Assembly: GCF_000219175.1 (NCBI RefSeq)
Contig: NC_015735.1
Location: 390,001-422,000 of the forward strand
DNA from: Candidatus Moranella endobia PCIT
Lineage (GTDB): Bacteria > Pseudomonadota > Gammaproteobacteria > Enterobacterales > Enterobacteriaceae
Reading direction: 5' to 3'
Length of the DNA: 32,000 nt
Position numbers and translations under genes: made by a program. Every line of letters begins with the position of its first letter. Position 1 is the first letter of the stretch. The notes beneath the pieces are model-generated. The model had not been told where the DNA came from, searched no databases, and saw nothing but the letters and a program-made list of their open reading frames with translations. Positions 1 through 8,991 of the stretch are shown here, piece by piece.

Positions 1-102
1 TAACTTAAGGTATTAATCACATTGACCATTAGTTAGTGGCTGTATTCAGGTATGATTTCCCCTGTCTACAACACGGAATAATAATAATGAGGAACAGATG
101 AT

Positions 103-909
103 ATGGCTGATATTACCGCTGCCCTGGTTAAAGCACTGCGTGAACGTACCGGCGCCGGTATGATGGAATGCAAGACAGCCCTCGTTGAAGCGCAGGGCGA
201 TATCGAGCTAGCTATCAACAAAATGTATAATTCAGGCAAGGTAAAAGCTGCCAATAAAGCGGGAAGAATTGCTGCCGAAGGCCTAATACTGACCAACATT
301 GCGCCGCACGGCAAATACGGTGTCATCATTGAGCTAAACTGTGAAACTGATTTCGTTGCTAAAGACAAATTATTTAGTAACTTTGGTGCTGCGGTCATCA
401 CTGCGGCGCTGAATGAACGTATTGATGCTCTTGATTTGCTGAAGGATAAATTTGAAGACCAGCGCATCGCGCTGGTGTCAAAAATGGGTGAAAATATTAA
501 TATCCGTCGCTTGGGCATTATGGAAGGAAACAGACTTGGTTCTTACTTGCACTATGCGCGCATTGGTGTCATAGTTGCAGCTACTGGCGCGAATGACGAA
601 TTGATAAAGCACATTGCCATGCATATTGCCGCTAGCAAACCGGAATATATCAACACGGACGATATACCGGCTGATGTAGTAGCCCGTGAGCATCAAAGCA
701 AGCTAGAAACAGCTATTCATGCCGGCAAAACGCGTGAAATAGCCGAGAAAATAGCTGCAGGTATGATACGTAAGTTCACTGGGGAGATTTCCCTGACTGA
801 CCAGCACTTTGTTATGGATCCTAGCAAAACCGTCGGCCAGCTGTTAGAAGAACAAGGTGCTACAGTAAAAAGCTTTATACGTTTTGAGTTGGGTGAAGGC
901 ATTCATTGA
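103..909 (+). CDS. tsf: Translation elongation factor Ts (EF-Ts); about 20 C-terminal codons displaced by a frameshift
   Basis: The 268-aa ORF is colinear by eye with E. coli EF-Ts ([65 protein letters not shown]). A GAGG lies upstream of ATG 103. The ORF stops at TGA 907-909 directly after GEGI, and the expected tail is readable in another frame (see finding). Confidence 0.93.
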   Translation: MADITAALVKALRERTGAGMMECKTALVEAQGDIELAINKMYNSGKVKAANKAGRIAAEGLILTNIAPHGKYGVIIELNCETDFVAKDKLFSNFGAAVITAALNERIDALDLLKDKFEDQRIALVSKMGENINIRRLGIMEGNRLGSYLHYARIGVIVAATGANDELIKHIAMHIAASKPEYINTDDIPADVVAREHQSKLETAIHAGKTREIAEKIAAGMIRKFTGEISLTDQHFVMDPSKTVGQLLEEQGATVKSFIRFELGEGIH

Positions 910-987
910 AACAGCAAAAGTTGATTTCGCAGCCGAAGTTTCTGCCATGGGTCAGCAGCTTTATAAATGCAATAGTAGATCGATCAC

Positions 988-1186
988 ATGGCAACCAACA
1001 AAAAACCCCTTAATCAGCGCATCCTGCTTACTACATCGTGCTCCTGGCCCAGTGCGTGAACGAACTGGAACTGGTGATCCTGGTTGGTGTGGTTATCGGT
1101 GGCGGCAACAGTAATAATATATGATGATATGATTGAGCCTAGCAAACACGGTCCACCCGGATCACTCAGTCTAAAGGATTCGTAAT
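988..1186 (+). pseudogene. pyrH: UMP kinase relic, with most of the gene deleted
   Basis: ATG 988 opens MATNKKPLNQRILL (E. coli PyrH MATNAKPVYKRILLKLSGE) and stops after 23 codons. A second frame at 1038-1109 reads [24 protein letters not shown] (E. coli [27 protein letters not shown]). Nothing after the GGGN motif is recognisable, and frr starts at 1190. The position between tsf and frr matches Enterobacterales synteny. The part at 1110-1186 is only a presumed remnant or intergenic DNA. Confidence 0.7.
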
Positions 1187-1189
1187 TTG

Positions 1190-1744
1190 ATGCACGCAAT
1201 ATGCAAAGATACTGATATACGCATGGAAAAATGTGTCGAAGCGTTCAAAAACCACATCAGTAAAGTACGCACAGGACGTGCTTCTCCGAGCCTGCTTGAC
1301 GGTCTTCAGATAGAATATTATGGTACTCTCACACCACTGCGCCAGTTGGCCAATGTTATTGCCGAAGATTCCCGTACTTTGGCTATCAATGTTTTTGACC
1401 GCATTTTGATCCCAGCGGTAGAAAAAGCTATTCTGTCCTCAGATCTAGGGCTAAACCCCTCGGTTGTCGGTACGATCATTCGTGTACCGCTGCCCCCGCT
1501 TACCGAAGATCGCCGCCGTGATATGATAAAAGCCGTGCGCGCTGAGGCAGAACAAGGCAGGGTGTCCGTGCGCAATATTCGTCGTGATGCCAACGACAAA
1601 GTGAAGACGCTGTTAAAAAATAAAACCATCAGTGAAGATGAAGAACGCCGTTCGCAAGAAGATATTCAAACAATTACCGATGCATGGATCAAAAAACTAG
1701 ATAGCGCCCTCGAGAAAAAAGAACATGAATTAATGGACATTTAA
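1190..1744 (+). CDS. frr: Ribosome recycling factor
   Basis: Near full-length colinearity with E. coli Frr ([83 protein letters not shown]). ATG at 1190; the track start at 1187 is a TTG one codon upstream. Confidence 0.95.
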   Translation: MHAICKDTDIRMEKCVEAFKNHISKVRTGRASPSLLDGLQIEYYGTLTPLRQLANVIAEDSRTLAINVFDRILIPAVEKAILSSDLGLNPSVVGTIIRVPLPPLTEDRRRDMIKAVRAEAEQGRVSVRNIRRDANDKVKTLLKNKTISEDEERRSQEDIQTITDAWIKKLDSALEKKEHELMDI

Positions 1745-1808
1745 TGATTAATGATGCGCTGCCGGACAGCACATAGTATAGCAAGATGCGTGCATGTGAC
1801 TTAATCTA

Positions 1809-2387
1809 GATATAGCTGCAGCCATTGCCGTGCCGACCAATGCAGACAACGTTTGAGCGCTGGTAGTCAGTAAATATTGCCCATATCATATATTGCTGCC
1901 TGCCCATGCGACCAGGTCGCAGTTACTTCTACTTCAGGCCCACCTGGAAAAATTGATTCGTTAACTTTAGGCGCGCGGTATCCTCAATCGACAATCACTA
2001 CCGATTTTGACTTTAACCATTTACAAACTACTAAACTAAACCTGCCTGATTCAATAAAATTAGAACATAGTAGTACATGATCATGCCATGGTTGATTCTG
2101 CTTAGGTTACGCCGCTGCTTCCTCGGCAACCGGAAGCGGCCAATTATATTTATGCCTCCAACTAGCAGCGATAGCTAGCGCGGACAAAACCGACAATGTT
2201 ATGCGTTTGATAGTGATTCCCATGCAAGATAAACCGCACGTAACTTCCAGTCTAGGCGCTGGGAATGGCTCGCCAAAGTTGTTGCTTGTAAATTATATTC
2301 GTCGCAACGGCTGATTTGTTCGATAACTCGCAACATGATATAGTCGGCGCCAATTCTCCTGTCTGTAATGAAGTAAGTACAGCTTAA
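1809..2387 (+). pseudogene. dxr: Probable 1-deoxy-D-xylulose-5-phosphate reductoisomerase relic, shrunken and multiply frameshifted
   Basis: The 713 bp between frr and uppS hold no ORF longer than 67 aa, whereas Enterobacterales carry a dxr of about 1.2 kb here. Broken frames give Dxr-like strings in the correct order: DIAAAIAVPT (about 1809; cf. VMAAIVGAAGLLPT), VTSTSGPPGK (about 1922; cf. LLTGSGGPFR), LGNRKRPI (about 2122; cf. LGEPDMRTPI), IIFVATADL (about 2292; cf. IRFTDIAAL). Each match is weak alone; the order plus synteny is the argument. Confidence 0.45.
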
Positions 2388-2457
2388 TACAATTGAAATG
2401 AGTTACTTGCCGTGGTAACACTTTGGTATTCCTATCATCGTTATGAACTAAGTAGGC

Positions 2458-3213
2458 GTGATGTCGTCAAAAAATCAGCAACAACTAATAGAGTTACCTC
2501 ACTCCTCACCACGCCATGTGGCTATTATTATGGATGGCAACGGTCGATGGGCTACAAACCGTGGGCAATTACGTATATTTGGACACCAAGCAGGCTTCAA
2601 GTCGGTTCGCCGCGCGGTTAGCTTTGCCGCTAACCATCATTTTGAAGCATTGACGCTGTATGCTTTCAGCAGCGAAAACTGGAAGCGCCCCAGCAAAGAA
2701 GTTTCTGCGCTGCTGGAGCTTTTTATGCTGGCGTTAGATAGCGAAGTAAAAAGCCTCCACAGACATAATGTCCGTCTGCGTATTATCGGCGATACTTCGT
2801 GCTTCGGTCTGCGCTTGCAGGAAGGCATTCGTCGCTCAGAGACACTAACCTGTAATAACGACGGTTTAACTCTAAATATTGCTGCGAATTATGGTGGACG
2901 TTGGGATATCATCCAGGGAGTCAGGCAACTAGCTACCAGAGTGCAAGAGGGGAGATTGCGTCCCGATCAGATCGAGGAAGACACCCTATGCCAGGTGGTG
3001 TGTGTGAACGAGCTGGCACCAGTAGATCTGGTTATTCGCACTGGCGGAGAACATCGTATTAGTAATTTCTTGCTATGGCAAATTGCCTATGCAGAATTAT
3101 TTTTTACTGATGTATTATGGCCAGATTTTGACGATTCTGTTTTTGAAATGGCGCTGACTTCTTTTGCCCAACGCGAACGGCGCTTCGGTGGAACAGCACC
3201 GAATTACAGCTAA
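2458..3213 (+). CDS. uppS: Undecaprenyl-diphosphate synthase (ditrans,polycis)
   Basis: Colinear with E. coli UppS/IspU (RHVAIIMDGNGRWA, FGH.AG.KSVRRAVSFAAN, EALTLYAFSSENW.RP..EVSAL, LDSEVKSLHRHNVRLRIIGDTS, LTLNIAANYGGRWDI.QGVRQLA, VDLVIRTGGEHRISNFLLWQIAYAEL.FTDVLWPDF, RERRFGGT). GTG at 2458 is followed by ATG at 2461. Confidence 0.95.
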   Translation: MMSSKNQQQLIELPHSSPRHVAIIMDGNGRWATNRGQLRIFGHQAGFKSVRRAVSFAANHHFEALTLYAFSSENWKRPSKEVSALLELFMLALDSEVKSLHRHNVRLRIIGDTSCFGLRLQEGIRRSETLTCNNDGLTLNIAANYGGRWDIIQGVRQLATRVQEGRLRPDQIEEDTLCQVVCVNELAPVDLVIRTGGEHRISNFLLWQIAYAELFFTDVLWPDFDDSVFEMALTSFAQRERRFGGTAPNYS

Positions 3214-3513
3214 TTTAGTTCTGGATAACGGCTGCCATAAGCAGCATAGGCAATCGTGTAGTCTGTAGTCCCACTCGATGTAGTTTAATGAGTATCATTA
3301 ATGGTATGTTTATCAGGTCGCTTTTAGTTGGGTGGATGGTGGATGTAAGTGCTGATAATCAGCATAGCTTGGCCGGAGTAACAAGATGGACCATTAATTT
3401 GATCACAACATGCAAACTGATTTTTACCAAATTTAGCTACCTTGCTGAACCATGAGCAATGGTAATGTTGGATGTAAGATTTCGCTTGCTTACTGTCTTA
3501 AAATAGATAAAAA
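3214..3513. other. Deletion scar at the position of cdsA and rseP
   Basis: Only 300 bp without an ORF separate uppS and bamA. In E. coli this interval holds cdsA (about 0.86 kb) and rseP (about 1.35 kb). There are possible faint CdsA-like strings (LVGWMVD cf. SLGWWIV; LIFTKFSYLAEP cf. YMFGKLFGKHKLAP) but nothing I can defend. Confidence 0.5.
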
Positions 3514-5934
3514 ATGAAAAAGTTGCTCATCGCAACGCTATTGCTTAGCAGTGCTGCTGTATCTAGGGCAGATGAGTTCTTAGTGAAGGATATTAATTTC
3601 GACGGACTACAACGGGTAACCATCGGTACGGCGTTACTAAGTATGCTAATTCGTGTCGGCGACACTGTTACTAATGCAGATATTGGCAATACTATACGTG
3701 CTCTCTTCGCTACTGGAAACTTTGATGATGTCCAGGTACGGCGTGACGTAGATTCACTAGTCGTGCTGGTTAAGGAGCGTCAGACTATCGCAAGCATTAC
3801 CTTTTCCGGTAACAAGTTAGTGACGGATAATATGCTCAAGCAAAACTTGTCTGCCCAAGGCGTCCGGGTAGGAGAATTACTTGATCGTACCATGATTGCC
3901 AATATTGAAAAAGGACTAGAAGAGTTTTATTACAGTAACGGCAAATACAGCGCTACTGTCAAGTTAGTAGTAGCTACTCTGCCACGCAATCGTATTAATC
4001 TGCAACTAGTTGTTAACGAAGGTATCTCGGCCAAGATTAAGCAAATCAATATTGTCGGTAATTCTGTATTCACCACCGATGAGCTGATTTCTAGCTTCCA
4101 GCTACGTGATGGAGTGCCGTGGTTGCAGGTAGTGGGAACTCGTAGATACCAAAAACAAAAGTTGTCAGTGGACCTAGAAACACTGCGCCACTTATATCTT
4201 GATCACGGTTATGCCCGTTTCAAGATTGAATCTACGCAGGTCAGTTTGACGCCAGATAAAACTAGCCTATACATTACAATAAACATTAACGAAGGCGCGC
4301 AATATCAGCTGTCTAATGCGGTTGTCAATGGCAATATAACCTACTCTAACGAAATAGAGCAGTTATACAAGTTTAAGGTAGGTGAACTGTACAACGACAC
4401 TAAGATCACCAATACTGAGAAGGATATTAAGCAATTGCTTAGTTGTTACGGTTATGTCCATCCCATTGTGGCAATACTACCGGAAATAAATGAATCGGAT
4501 AAAAAGATTAAGCTACACATCAGCGTTGACATAGGTAACCGGTTCTATGTCCGCTACGTGCGCTTTGAAGGCAACGCTCTTACTAAGGATTCCGTGCTAC
4601 GCCGTGAAATAAACCAGATAGAACATGCTTGGCTTAGCAGCAATTTAGTCAATCAGGGTAAAGAACGTCTCTATCGTTTAGGCTACTTTAAAAACGTGGA
4701 TATCGAAATGCAGTACGTGCCAGGTTCACAGTACCTTGTAGACGTGGTCTACAAGGTTCAAGAAAATAATACCGGCAGCATCAATTTCGGCATTGGACTC
4801 GGGACCGAGAGCGGCGTTAGCTGCCAGTTTGGCATCCAACAGGATAACTGGTTGGGAACAGGTAACTCATTTTTCTTGCGTGGCACTAAGAACGACTCTC
4901 AGACCTACGTTGAGCTGTCGATGACTAATCCATACAGCGGGCGTGATGGCGTCGTCAGTATAGGCGGCAAGAGCTTCTACAATCATTTTCACGCTGATGA
5001 CGCATATCTGGCGGACTATGACCTGCGCAGCTATGGCGTTGGCACCACGCTGGGTGTACCAATTAGCGTAAACCATTCGCTTTATTTTGGGCTGGACTAC
5101 GTCCATGAAGATCTTACTAAGATGGAGCCACAAGTAACAATGTGGCGTTATCTAAACAGCATTGGCATCACTCCTAGAGTGATAGCTACGAACCAGGCGG
5201 ACAGTGATGCCGATTTTAGCGTAGATGATTTTTTCTTCTCTATCAATTTGAGCTACAACAATCTTGACCGTTGCTATTTTCCTACCAACGGTTATCGTAC
5301 CAACCTGACCGGTAAGGTAACATTACCCGGTTCTGATAACAAATATTACAAAATTACTTTTGACGCTAGTCAATATCTTCCTATCATAGCCAGTGGTAAC
5401 TTGGTACTTCTGGGCCGCGCCCGTGCTGGTTACGCCGCTGCTCTGAACGGCAAGGCTGTACCATTCTACGAAAACTTCTATGCCGGCGGTGCCAATACTG
5501 TGCGCGGTTTTCGTTCTAATACCATTAGTCCGAAAGCGGCGTATTATAAGGGCCATCGCGGCAATAACCTTTATAGTAACTGTCCAGTGGATAACTCGCG
5601 CGACGCCGTTGGTGGCAATGCGCTGGCCATAGCCAGCGCTGAGCTAATCGTACCTACGCCATTATTGAGCAATAAATATACCAACTCAGTGCGTACCTCG
5701 CTGTTTATTGATAGCGGTACCGTGTGGGATACCGACTGGCAAAATACCAGCACGACTAGCGTAGCTAATATTCCAGACTACAGTGATCCCTGTAAGATAC
5801 GTATTTCCAGCGGTATCGCCCTGCAGTGGATTTCGCCGCTGGGGCCGCTGGTGTTTTCCTATGCGCAGTTAGTAAAAAAATACGAAGGAGATAAGTCAGA
5901 GCAGTTCCAGTTTAATATCGGCAAAACGTGGTAA
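3514..5934 (+). CDS. bamA: Outer membrane protein assembly factor BamA
   Basis: The 806-aa ORF has a signal peptide ([19 protein letters not shown]), POTRA-region matches ([31 protein letters not shown]), barrel motifs ([33 protein letters not shown]) and the terminal [10 protein letters not shown] as in E. coli BamA (810 aa). Confidence 0.95.
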   Translation: MKKLLIATLLLSSAAVSRADEFLVKDINFDGLQRVTIGTALLSMLIRVGDTVTNADIGNTIRALFATGNFDDVQVRRDVDSLVVLVKERQTIASITFSGNKLVTDNMLKQNLSAQGVRVGELLDRTMIANIEKGLEEFYYSNGKYSATVKLVVATLPRNRINLQLVVNEGISAKIKQINIVGNSVFTTDELISSFQLRDGVPWLQVVGTRRYQKQKLSVDLETLRHLYLDHGYARFKIESTQVSLTPDKTSLYITININEGAQYQLSNAVVNGNITYSNEIEQLYKFKVGELYNDTKITNTEKDIKQLLSCYGYVHPIVAILPEINESDKKIKLHISVDIGNRFYVRYVRFEGNALTKDSVLRREINQIEHAWLSSNLVNQGKERLYRLGYFKNVDIEMQYVPGSQYLVDVVYKVQENNTGSINFGIGLGTESGVSCQFGIQQDNWLGTGNSFFLRGTKNDSQTYVELSMTNPYSGRDGVVSIGGKSFYNHFHADDAYLADYDLRSYGVGTTLGVPISVNHSLYFGLDYVHEDLTKMEPQVTMWRYLNSIGITPRVIATNQADSDADFSVDDFFFSINLSYNNLDRCYFPTNGYRTNLTGKVTLPGSDNKYYKITFDASQYLPIIASGNLVLLGRARAGYAAALNGKAVPFYENFYAGGANTVRGFRSNTISPKAAYYKGHRGNNLYSNCPVDNSRDAVGGNALAIASAELIVPTPLLSNKYTNSVRTSLFIDSGTVWDTDWQNTSTTSVANIPDYSDPCKIRISSGIALQWISPLGPLVFSYAQLVKKYEGDKSEQFQFNIGKTW

Positions 5935-5952
5935 TATCACATGATGTGATAT
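5934..5952. other. Perfect inverted repeat (8-bp stem, 3-nt loop) overlapping the bamA stop codon
   Basis: ATATCACA-TGA-TGTGATAT, read directly. No T-run follows it, so it is not a canonical intrinsic terminator. Confidence 0.4.
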
Positions 5953-6018
5953 GATAGCTAGAAGCAGGGTGACAGCGTTATTGACTTATGGTTCTATCTA
6001 TTGCGTAAAACAGATTTT

Positions 6019-6047
6019 TTCACTGTCCTCTGCTCTGGCATTATAAT
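6019..6047 (+). promoter_or_regulatory. Candidate sigma70 promoter for skp-lpxD
   Basis: TTCACT (6019-6024), 17-bp spacer, TATAAT (6042-6047), lying 41 nt upstream of the skp start. Motif match only. Confidence 0.4.
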
Positions 6048-6087
6048 AAACAGCAACAAACAATGAGTGGCTAAAGAGGATTTTATA

Positions 6088-6588
6088 GTGAAAAAGTGGT
6101 TGTTATCTGCCGCGGTCCTGGATTTATTACTTGCCACTTTTGCCTTTGCGCAAGCTAACGATAAAATTGCTGTAGTTAACGTATCCAGCATTTTTCAGCA
6201 GTCTCCGCATCGTGCAATAGTTGCTAACAAGCTTGAAAATGAATTCAAGGGCCGTGCTAACGAACTTCGGTCTATGGAACGCGATCTGCAGACAAAGATG
6301 CAACGTTTGCAGCGTGAAGTTGCTACCATGAAAGCCAGCGAGCGAAGCTCACTGGAGCAATTGGTTATGGCGCAGCGCGAAACTTTCGCTAACAAAGCGC
6401 AAGAGTTTGAGCAGGATAACCGTCGTCGCCAGACGGAAGAACGCAACAAAATTCTTAGTTATATCCAGAATGCGGTGAAAATTGTTGCCACCAATAAAGG
6501 CTATGATGTAGTGATAGATGCTGACGCTGTCGCGTATGCCAGCAACGCTAAAGATATCACTGCTGACGTTCTCAAACAGGTGAAGTGA
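6088..6588 (+). CDS. skp: Periplasmic chaperone Skp (OmpH)
   Basis: Colinear with E. coli Skp (KKWLL, DKIA.VN....[47 protein letters not shown]). GTG at 6088 is preceded by AGAGGA (6075-6080) at 7-nt spacing. The track start at 6067 adds 7 residues with no counterpart. Confidence 0.9.
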   Translation: MKKWLLSAAVLDLLLATFAFAQANDKIAVVNVSSIFQQSPHRAIVANKLENEFKGRANELRSMERDLQTKMQRLQREVATMKASERSSLEQLVMAQRETFANKAQEFEQDNRRRQTEERNKILSYIQNAVKIVATNKGYDVVIDADAVAYASNAKDITADVLKQVK

Positions 6589-7643
6589 TGTATGCAATTC
6601 GACTGGCTGATTTAGCACATCAGTTGGAGGCACAATTGCATGGTGATGGCGAAATTATCATTACCAGCATTGCTTCTATAGGTAGCGCGCAAGCTGGCCA
6701 GATTACGTTTCTCTCAGAGAAACGCTTTCGTGAAAAACTATCTTTCTGTCAGGCGTCTGCGGTGGTACTCACCGCAGAAAGTCTGCCTTTATGCAACTGC
6801 GCCTCACTAGTTGTTAGTAACCCTTACCTAACTTATGCTCGCATGGCTCAGCTTATGGACACCACACCTAAACCAGCCGAGGAGGATATTGGTGTTGGCG
6901 CGGTAGTTGCGTCAGACGCAATCCTTGGACAGAGGGTAGCAGTGGGCGCCAATGCAGTTGTAGAATCCGGCGTATTGCTGGGTAATGATGTTATAATCGG
7001 TCCTGGCTGTGTTATAGGTAAGAATACCCGTGTTGGCGCCAGCACGCGCTTATGGGCTAACGTTACCGTATATCACGACACTATCATCGGCAAGCGTTGC
7101 CTGATCCAAGCAGGCACTGTTATAGGCGCCGATGGTTTTGGTTATGCCAACGATTGCGGTAACTGGATCAAAATACCGCAGATGGGCCGCGTCATTATAG
7201 GCGATCGGGTTGAAATCGGCGCCTGCACTACTATCGATCGCGGCGCACTGGACGATACCATAATCGGCAACGGCGTGATTATTGATAATAAGTGTCATAT
7301 TGCACATAACGTTATTATTGGTGACAATACAGCTGTCGCTGGCGGTGTTATCATGGCAGGTAGTCTGACTATCGGAAGCGGCTGCATGATCGGCGGCGCT
7401 AGCGTCATTAATGGTAACATTACCATTTGCGATCAAGCCACAGTGACAGGCATGAGTATGGTTATGCGTCCGATAACTAAACCAGGCGTATATTCATCTG
7501 GAATCCCGTTGCAACCAAATAAAGATTGGCGCAAAACTGCAACGTTAGTGATGAATATCAGTGCTATTAGCAAGCGTATGAAAGCCATCGAGCGAAAATT
7601 AGCAACAATAATTGCTGCTCCTACTACCACTAGTAGAGGATAA
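6588..7643 (+). CDS. lpxD: UDP-3-O-(3-hydroxymyristoyl)glucosamine N-acyltransferase
   Basis: Colinear with E. coli LpxD ([151 protein letters not shown]). ATG 6588 overlaps the skp TGA (TGATG). Confidence 0.95.
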   Translation: MYAIRLADLAHQLEAQLHGDGEIIITSIASIGSAQAGQITFLSEKRFREKLSFCQASAVVLTAESLPLCNCASLVVSNPYLTYARMAQLMDTTPKPAEEDIGVGAVVASDAILGQRVAVGANAVVESGVLLGNDVIIGPGCVIGKNTRVGASTRLWANVTVYHDTIIGKRCLIQAGTVIGADGFGYANDCGNWIKIPQMGRVIIGDRVEIGACTTIDRGALDDTIIGNGVIIDNKCHIAHNVIIGDNTAVAGGVIMAGSLTIGSGCMIGGASVINGNITICDQATVTGMSMVMRPITKPGVYSSGIPLQPNKDWRKTATLVMNISAISKRMKAIERKLATIIAAPTTTSRG

Positions 7644-7649
7644 GGCAGG

Positions 7650-7667
7650 CCGGGCAACGTTGCCCGG
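7650..7667. other. Perfect 18-nt GC-rich palindrome just after the lpxD stop
   Basis: CCGGGCAAC/GTTGCCCGG, read directly. No T-run follows. Confidence 0.4.
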
Positions 7668-7760
7668 TGGTGCTGCGGTGAGCCACAATGACTATAGGCT
7701 TATTTTGTCCTGACGGAAGAACGTATGGTTAATTATAGGTCTTTTCAAGGCAGGAAGAGT

Positions 7761-8204
7761 ATTTTCACTATTGACACTCATAATATTGAATAGATATTAG
7801 AACTGTTACCCCATCGCTTTCCGTTTCTATTGGTTGACAGCGTGCTGGATTTCAAGCACGAAAAAATTTCTTAGGGCGGTAAAAAATGTTTCCTGTAATG
7901 AACCTTTTTCCCAGGGTAATTTCCCAGGAAAAACCATTTTCCCCGGCGTACTGATATTGGAAGCTATGGCGCAGGCGACCGGCATGCTATCAGCGCTGGT
8001 AAGCTTGAGCCGGGTGAACTGTATTATTTTGCTGCCATTGATGAAGCCCGTTTTAAGCGTCCGGTTCAGCCAGGCGATCAGATGATACTAGAAGTTGAAT
8101 TTATTAAAGAACGGCGCGGCATCGCTCGCTTCAAAGGTATTGCCACAGTTGATGGCGAAGTTGCTTGCGATGTTCGCCCGTCGCCGGGAGGCCTGCATCA
8201 ATGA
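7761..8204 (+). pseudogene. fabZ: 3-hydroxyacyl-ACP dehydratase FabZ, inactivated by a nonsense codon, several frameshifts and loss of the catalytic His
   Basis: Lesions against E. coli Fab[95 protein letters not shown]: (1) in-frame TAG at 7791-7793 (..[23 protein letters not shown]); (2) frame change inside an A6 run at 7861-7866, after which [42 protein letters not shown] continues in another frame; (3) the GHFPG catalytic His is Asn (GNFPG); (4) a second frame change near 7990 before [35 protein letters not shown]; (5) a disturbed C-terminus ([11 protein letters not shown] versus an MFARRREA string in another frame). Confidence 0.9.
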
Positions 8205-8989
8205 TTGATCAATCTGCTTTTATACATCCTAGCGCCATCGTTGAGGATGGTGCGATTATCCACACCGGCGTGCATATTGGCCCATTCTGCATTATTGGAC
8301 CGCAGGTAAAAATTGGTGCGCGCACAGTACTTAAGTCCCACGTGGTGTTGAACGGCATTACCAACATAGGTGAAGATAACCATATTTATCAGTTCGCTTC
8401 CATTGGTGAAGTTAATCAGGATCTGAAATATGCCGGGGAGATGACGCGGGTCGAAATCGGTCATCGAAACCTTATTCGGGAAAGCGTGACCATTCATCGT
8501 GGCACAATACAAGGTGGAGAAATAACGCGAGTTGGTAGCGACAATTTATTGATGGTTAATACCCATATTGCCCACGCCTGCACTGTGGGTGATCACTGTA
8601 TCATGGCCAATAACGTCACTCTTGGTGGCAATGTAACGGTGGATGATTACGCCATTATCGGTGGTATGACCGCGGTGCATCAATTCTGTGTCATTGGCTC
8701 CCACGTCATGGTCGGCGGCTGTTCCGGTGTGGCCCAGGATATACCACCTTTTGTCATCGCCCAGGGTAATCACGCAACACCGTTCGGCCTAAATATTAAA
8801 GGGCTGGAGCGCCGTAGTTTTGCGCGCACAGAGATACGCGCAATATGCGCCGCCTATAAAATGATTTACCGCAGTGGTAAAACCTTAGAAGAAATAAAAC
8901 CGGCGCTAAAAGCGCTAGCGCAGGAGCATCAGGTAGTTAACACCTTCCTTGAATTTATATCGCGCTCACAGCGCGGTATCATCCGCTGA
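8201..8989 (+). CDS. lpxA: UDP-N-acetylglucosamine O-acyltransferase
   Basis: 262 aa starting [15 protein letters not shown] (E. coli MIDKSAFVHPTAIVE), colinear throughout ([115 protein letters not shown]). The track start at 8165 is a spurious 12-codon extension running through the fabZ relic. Confidence 0.95.
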   Translation: MIDQSAFIHPSAIVEDGAIIHTGVHIGPFCIIGPQVKIGARTVLKSHVVLNGITNIGEDNHIYQFASIGEVNQDLKYAGEMTRVEIGHRNLIRESVTIHRGTIQGGEITRVGSDNLLMVNTHIAHACTVGDHCIMANNVTLGGNVTVDDYAIIGGMTAVHQFCVIGSHVMVGGCSGVAQDIPPFVIAQGNHATPFGLNIKGLERRSFARTEIRAICAAYKMIYRSGKTLEEIKPALKALAQEHQVVNTFLEFISRSQRGIIR

Positions 8990-8991
8990 TC

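Noticed and set aside
66-518. A 150-aa minus-strand ORF, and similar long antisense ORFs (1318-1629, 7050-7436, 8198-8512, 9456-9764, 11412-11804, 13980-14294, 17956-18300, 23602-24030).
   Set aside because: Each lies entirely antisense to a confidently identified conserved gene (tsf, frr, lpxD, lpxA, lpxB, dnaE, dnaE/accA, htpX, mscL). Their products are low-complexity or Ser/Arg/Ala-rich with no recognisable family. They are shadow ORFs.
884-1114. A 76-aa plus-strand ORF between tsf and frr.
   Set aside because: It is a chimera. Its start is the frameshifted tsf tail ([19 protein letters not shown]) and it runs out of frame through the pyrH relic. It is not a gene.
1877-2080. A 67-aa ORF in the frr-uppS gap.
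   Set aside because: It is best explained as one surviving frame of the dxr relic (VTSTSGPPGK cf. LTGSGGPFR). It has no start context.
7834-8085. An 83-aa ORF that could be called a short FabZ.
   Set aside because: It covers only the middle of FabZ, begins at an internal TTG, lacks the catalytic His, and leaves the correct frame before the C-terminal half.
8256-8264. A perfect DnaA box, TTATCCACA.
   Set aside because: It is a single copy inside the lpxA coding sequence (codons for IIHT) and is most likely chance.
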